Source of the DNA: an uncultured delta proteobacterium
GTDB lineage: Bacteria > Desulfobacterota > Desulfobacteria > Desulfobacterales > JAFDCJ01
NCBI GenBank assembly: GCA_963769935.1
Contig: CAVYNY010000022.1
Span: forward strand, 224,001 to 288,000
Direction of reading: 5' to 3'
Length of the DNA: 64,000 nt
Shown here: in pieces, positions 61,546 through 64,000 of the stretch
How the letters are laid out: each line of letters opens with the position of its first letter
How positions within the stretch are numbered: the first letter of the stretch is position 1
Made by a program: the position numbers and the translations under genes
The notes under the pieces: generated by a model
What the model was told of the DNA's origin: nothing
Database searches by the model: none
Seen by the model: the letters and a program-made list of their open reading frames with translations, nothing else

Positions 61546-62821
61546 CCGTTGCCTCCGCGGTTTTAGCCCGGTTCAATTCATATTTGGCTAACCTGATGTA
61601 CTGAAAAATCGGTATCTTGGATACACAAACATAGCTGCACAGTCCGCATTCGATGCAGGAATACAGATCGTAGCCGTCGGCAGCTTCCTGATAGTGTCCG
61701 GCTTCTAAAAATCTGACCAGCATGTTGACTGACATTTGAGCAGGACAGGCCCGCACGCAATTGCCGCAATTGATGCAGGGATAATCGGATGTGGAGGCGG
61801 CCTTGGTCCGATCCAGCACCATAATGGCATCGGTGTCGGGCAAAATCGGTTGGTCCAGCGAATACACCGCCGTACCCGTCATGGGTCCGCCGAATATTAT
61901 GCGGTCCGCTTCGTTGATGGTGACATCATAAGCTGAAAGAATATCGCGGATGGGCGTTCCGATCGTCGTTTCAATAATTCGCTGATTTTCTTCTTTGGTT
62001 ATCAGGGTAAGGACCTTGCGAACCGGGATCTGGCCGCTCTCGTAGGCGCTGCCGAGGGAGACCACCGCTTCGACGCTCATAAAGCAGACACCCAGATCTT
62101 CACAGCTTTTGCCGGCCGGCACGATCTCTCCCAGGACATTTTTCATGATCATCTGGGGCAGGGCGGCCGGATAGGTGGTGTCAATGCTTTTGCCATCGGC
62201 TCCGATATGACCGAAACCTTGAAGGGCATCCCGGGCCGTCACCAGAATAACGCGTTTGACGCCGGTAATTTGCTTCAGGATCTCAATGCCGCCTTTTAAA
62301 TCGGCGATGCGGGTTTTGGTAATATACTGCCGGGTTCCGACCAGCAGATCGCTGTCGGCGCCCGTTATGACAATGGCTTTGACCGGATGTTCTGATGCCG
62401 CCAGCTTTGCCAGCGGGGGACTGCCCGGTGTGAATGCAAGAAAGTCAAGGGCATTCGCCAGTGTGACGGTCTGACATTGCGCCGCAAACTGGTCGTCTAT
62501 GGTTTCATTTTTATCGATATCGATGGTGACGGCGCTGTAGGTTTTGCCGAAATCACCGGTGTGCGGCGCGATGCCGGAAATGGTGCCGCCGGCACTGGCA
62601 ATGATATAGGCCGGGTCAGCCGCATACAGCGAAATTTTCTGGCCGGTTTTAACCTTGTCGCCGATGTGGAAGGCGGCAGGTGCCTTTTGAGCGGCCTTTT
62701 TAGGATGGTAAAGCGTAACTGTTTTTGATGCCGTCACCCTTTCAGGCGCAGGCAGTCGTGTGGGGAGCAGCCGGTATTGAAATTGCGGAATGTAAAGGCC
62801 GACAAACGATTTTTTAAGCAT
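61538..62821 (-). CDS. rnfC: Rnf complex subunit C, divergent
   Basis: GDKVKTGQ, GTPI, GGPMTG, two CxxCxxCxxxC motifs; first in the CDGEA order. Confidence 0.85.
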   Translation of the reverse strand: MLKKSFVGLYIPQFQYRLLPTRLPAPERVTASKTVTLYHPKKAAQKAPAAFHIGDKVKTGQKISLYAADPAYIIASAGGTISGIAPHTGDFGKTYSAVTIDIDKNETIDDQFAAQCQTVTLANALDFLAFTPGSPPLAKLAASEHPVKAIVITGADSDLLVGTRQYITKTRIADLKGGIEILKQITGVKRVILVTARDALQGFGHIGADGKSIDTTYPAALPQMIMKNVLGEIVPAGKSCEDLGVCFMSVEAVVSLGSAYESGQIPVRKVLTLITKEENQRIIETTIGTPIRDILSAYDVTINEADRIIFGGPMTGTAVYSLDQPILPDTDAIMVLDRTKAASTSDYPCINCGNCVRACPAQMSVNMLVRFLEAGHYQEAADGYDLYSCIECGLCSYVCVSKIPIFQYIRLAKYELNRAKTAEATDA

Positions 62822-62894
62822 AGCACAACCTTTTTTTGTAATGCTGGGAAATTAGATCTCTGCGTCGCGGGCGGCAGTCACGTGATTTTCCGAT

Positions 62895-63284
62895 TTACCT
62901 GACATGGCACGCCGTACAATCTTTTTGGGACGGTCCGGAACCATAGGCCTCGTGACAGCCGCCACACTGCTTGTGGATAGCGTCCGCGAGTGCCGGAACT
63001 TCTTCATCGCCCTCATCCGGTGAATGACATTCGCTGCACGATTGGGCATTATTGTATTCATCTTCAGCGAGCGTGTGATGACAGTCACCGCATGACAACC
63101 CGTAGCCCGCGGCCGAATAATGCTTTTTGTGGTCAAAGATTACATTTCCCGCGGTGACTTCATACTTTATGCGAATCGGATCATGGGGCTTTTGGGGAGG
63201 AAATGCCGCATAACACAACACACCGACGAAAAGAAAATAGATGATCAGACCGTATGCCAGTTTCAGCTCGTTTTTTGAAAACAT
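62895..63284 (-). CDS. Tetraheme cytochrome c3 family protein
   Basis: CGDCH, CSECH, CGGCH, CTACH; VIFDHKKH; N-terminal signal/anchor. Confidence 0.9.
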   Translation of the reverse strand: MFSKNELKLAYGLIIYFLFVGVLCYAAFPPQKPHDPIRIKYEVTAGNVIFDHKKHYSAAGYGLSCGDCHHTLAEDEYNNAQSCSECHSPDEGDEEVPALADAIHKQCGGCHEAYGSGPSQKDCTACHVR

Positions 63285-63375
63285 ATTCCGTCCATACCTT
63301 AGATTCTAGTTTTGAAAACCTGATTTTCCGGGCCAGGTCAGTCCGCATGAGCCGCATTGCTGCAGTTGAACGCCA

Positions 63376-63413
63376 TGGGGTACTGGAATAATGAAATGTT
63401 GGAGTGCTGGGTT
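63376..63413. repeat. Degenerate 8-mer array (TGGAGTAC word)
   Basis: TGGGGTAC TGGAATAA TGAAATGT TGGAGTGC TGGGTT. Confidence 0.6.
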
Positions 63414-63518
63414 TGGCGGACTGCGATCTATTGTAAACAGCATTCCTCAGAAATTCAAAGTTCGACTACCACAATGCCATAAAGCTTTCAAGAATTTTTT
63501 TATGGGATGTAGTGCCAA

Positions 63519-63674
63519 GTGCTCACTCAAAAATAACTTCACATTTTATACGCCGCTGCATCCCGCCCGGCAGCGTTGCGAAAGCTCGAAATATCCAGAT
63601 ATGCCTGCGTCTTCACACCTTGCCGGACAGGCGCCGCAACGCCTAAAATTGTGGATTTAATTTTTCGTGAACCC
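63519..63674 (+). mobile_element. 156-bp MITE, copy 3 (left end degenerate)
   Basis: caa-GTGCTCAC...GTGAACCC-taa; same length and core as copies 1 and 2. Confidence 0.85.
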
Positions 63675-63695
63675 TAAATCAAACGGTCGTTCGTG

Positions 63696-64000
63696 TCAGG
63701 CGGTCTCGGATTGGGTGCGCAAATCCTGAAGCAATGCCTTATCAGCGTAGGCCTTGTCCGGGTTGTAGCAGGTGAGACAGCAAAAAAGGCACCGGTTGCT
63801 TTCTCCCCGGGCGGCTTCTTCGCTTAATACCTGATCGACCTCGATAAAAGAATGAATACGTTCCTCAACCGGCAATTCCGGCATGTGAGTTCTTCGGCTT
63901 TTAACGATTCCCGGAACCTGGTCGAAGATGGTTTCAGCAATCAGATCTTTAGCCAACTCTTTTGGATCCGCACTGACCGGCAATCCCGTGACATACTGGT
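63696..64000 (-). CDS. C-terminus of a GltD-like FAD/Fe-S oxidoreductase (possibly an RnfB fusion), partial
   Basis: HQYVTG...MPELPVEER..SFIEV..VLSEEAARGESNRCLFC, a typical GltD-like tail; frame open to the window edge. Confidence 0.7.
   Translation of the reverse strand, partial: QYVTGLPVSADPKELAKDLIAETIFDQVPGIVKSRRTHMPELPVEERIHSFIEVDQVLSEEAARGESNRCLFCCLTCYNPDKAYADKALLQDLRTQSETA

Overview
Chromosomal segment of an anaerobic bacterium, most likely Desulfobacterota (Desulfobacterales-like). This is inferred from the tetraheme cytochrome c3-rnf cluster, the DUF1844-ispE-tRNA-Gln-prs-rplY-pth-hppA-carD synteny and selenocysteine use. Left to right: gene remnants; a polyamine-type locus (two Pot-like ABC systems, C-N hydrolase, class III aminotransferase, cyclase, agmatinase) with a selenoprotein (UPFC motif plus SECIS) that the ORF track splits; a kdp island with a split KdpD, a sigma54 two-component system and two unannotated membrane micropeptides; a TPP-riboswitch thiZXY transporter; an aminosugar/lipid-carrier cluster; a diguanylate cyclase; gdhA; an AT-rich MNT-HEPN/SEC-C islet; a nucleoside-type ABC transporter; an ABC-F; the housekeeping block; and an atypical rnfCDGEA operon. 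The most striking unexplained signal is non-coding. About 20 intergenic sites carry stacks of degenerate 7-9-bp tandem repeats drawn from a shared, reshuffled vocabulary, arranged as inward-facing arms. They abut start and stop codons and truncated genes, and host nested tiny hairpin elements and a 156-bp MITE with TWA target duplications. No CRISPR array, rRNA, integrase or transposase gene was seen. All product calls come from reading motifs by eye; no database search was run.
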